From Octopus sinensis (Eukaryota), in assembly GCF_006345805.1 (NCBI RefSeq), contig NC_043016.1, positions 15,748,001 through 15,812,000 on the forward strand: a stretch of DNA of 64,000 bases, read 5' to 3'. The notes under the pieces are model-generated. The model was not told the origin of the DNA. It did not search any database and was given only the letters and a program-made list of their open reading frames with translations. Position numbers and translations under genes: made by a program. Shown here piece by piece: positions 62,620 through 64,000 of this stretch. The number at the start of each line of letters is the position of its first letter. Position 1 is the first letter of the stretch.

Positions 62620-64000
62620 TTCTGACTAGTGACCAAGTACACCTTAACAGAAGCAGAGTAGCCGGTACTCATTATTGTTTGTAAATGTCCACAGATATTA
62701 TATGAGAGTTACTGACAGGAGACAAGGTGTGGACACCCAAACAATAAGTTCCAACTGTCTAACAGATATTGTCTAAATTTCCATAATACTCCAAAATAGA
62801 CTTGGACAAATTACAGCAGGTTATTTTTGAGTAGTTTGCTATATAGACAACAAATCTGTGATCTATATAGTCAATGAAGATCAGTAATTGGTAGCTAACA
62901 TGCCTTTCCTTGTAGAGAAAGACAAATCTACAATTATATATTTGATAGACTGCAACGAGAGCATGTTATCTGATTCCAGATAAATGCAAGTGGTTTTCCA
63001 GAAGCGGTTTGCAGAAATTTTTGTCAGAGATGATGATTTTAATGACTACCTGGACAGTCTACTATGACTCTTGATTAGGTTCTCAGAGTACAGTGAAAAA
63101 CTGATTTCATTGTGTGTGTTGAGCCTCTATTCAAAGTATGAACAGTTGGAACTGAATAGTCTGCCAATGAGCTTCATGTCATTTTGCTACTGTCTCGGTA
63201 GTTGTCTGCTGTAGATGGCCGTTGGTTAGGAGCATTCTGAGTCACATGAACCAGAGAATGGTGATGCTGCCAAGGAAGGATCCAAACAAGGCATCATAAT
63301 TAACAACTTCTGGCCCATAACTGCTATGTGTAGAGTTGAAGATTTTGACAATGATTCTTGACAAGAGGTTGGTGTATGCTGTCAGTAGTGCAGATAAAGA
63401 TGCAAACTTATACATTCCTTGCCATTAGAACAGTTTTGGTCCCATTTTCAGAAATTGAATGTCTCTAAAGTATTGCAGCATTGTTCTTTGATCAAGCAAA
63501 ATGGTCAAATCTCAGAACCATTTTGTATTGTGCAGTCTTTATATCAAAGATTTTCCCTCTCCTATTGGCATTATGTTTTGGTGCTAGAATTATTGTTTTG
63601 GAAGTGGGGAACTTTGAAAGGAAGCATTCTTGAACTAGGGCATAGGAGAGCTGTATCTACAAATGCGGATAATGTCAGACACATCAGAAATCAAAAAAAT
63701 CAGCTATATACTGGGGGAGCATTACAAAGTTGTATTAATGAAGAGATTGGTGTTGCATCTTCACAGCTAAAGAAACAAGCACATATTAGCAAGAGGCAGT
63801 TTCTGCTGCTGGACTGAAATTCTGGTTAAGGTGTTCATGGCTGATTCGAACCATACCCCTGGGTGGAGAAACCTTAATAAGTGGTGGTGAGCAAGGTGGC
63901 TTGTCTCATTCAGGAATTGGTTCAGAGGATGTCTGTGAAAGTTTGGGTGGAAGTAGCAGATGTCTATATAACGGTGGTGCTTTGCTACCATTGATCCATC
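62620..64000 (-). mobile_element. Highly degenerate non-LTR retrotransposon RT region
   Basis: coding-like composition with stop-riddled minus-strand fragments resembling LL...Y..LSRII and PTLF motifs. Confidence 0.4.

Overview
AT-rich, repeat-dense eukaryotic genomic DNA. It is most likely from an octopod cephalopod, inferred from the SINE, RTE and MITE families, which resemble Octopus repeats. Positions 929-44094 (+) carry 25 GT-AG coding exons of a Codanin-1 (CDAN1) orthologue. I assembled these by hand; the phases are continuous and sum to 3492 nt including the stop (about 1163 aa), and the first exon is probably upstream of the window. A possible extra terminal exon lies at 46114. Introns and the 3' flank contain decayed mobile elements: RTE-type LINE fragments with (GAT)n tails, several tRNA-derived SINE families, TTAA piggyBac-type MITEs, mariner, maT (DD37D) and Tigger/pogo transposon relics, a non-autonomous Helitron, CRE-like and Penelope-like fragments, and large microsatellites. 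Points worth a second look are conserved ASF1-binding motifs, an ambiguous CDAN1 C-terminus, hammerhead-ribozyme-like relics in introns, a fold-back mariner, a LINE-derived 148-bp minisatellite, nested and triplicated SINEs, and a CpG-rich putative promoter near 60 kb. I found no intact novel multi-gene system. Repeat boundaries are approximate unless TSDs or TIRs are quoted.
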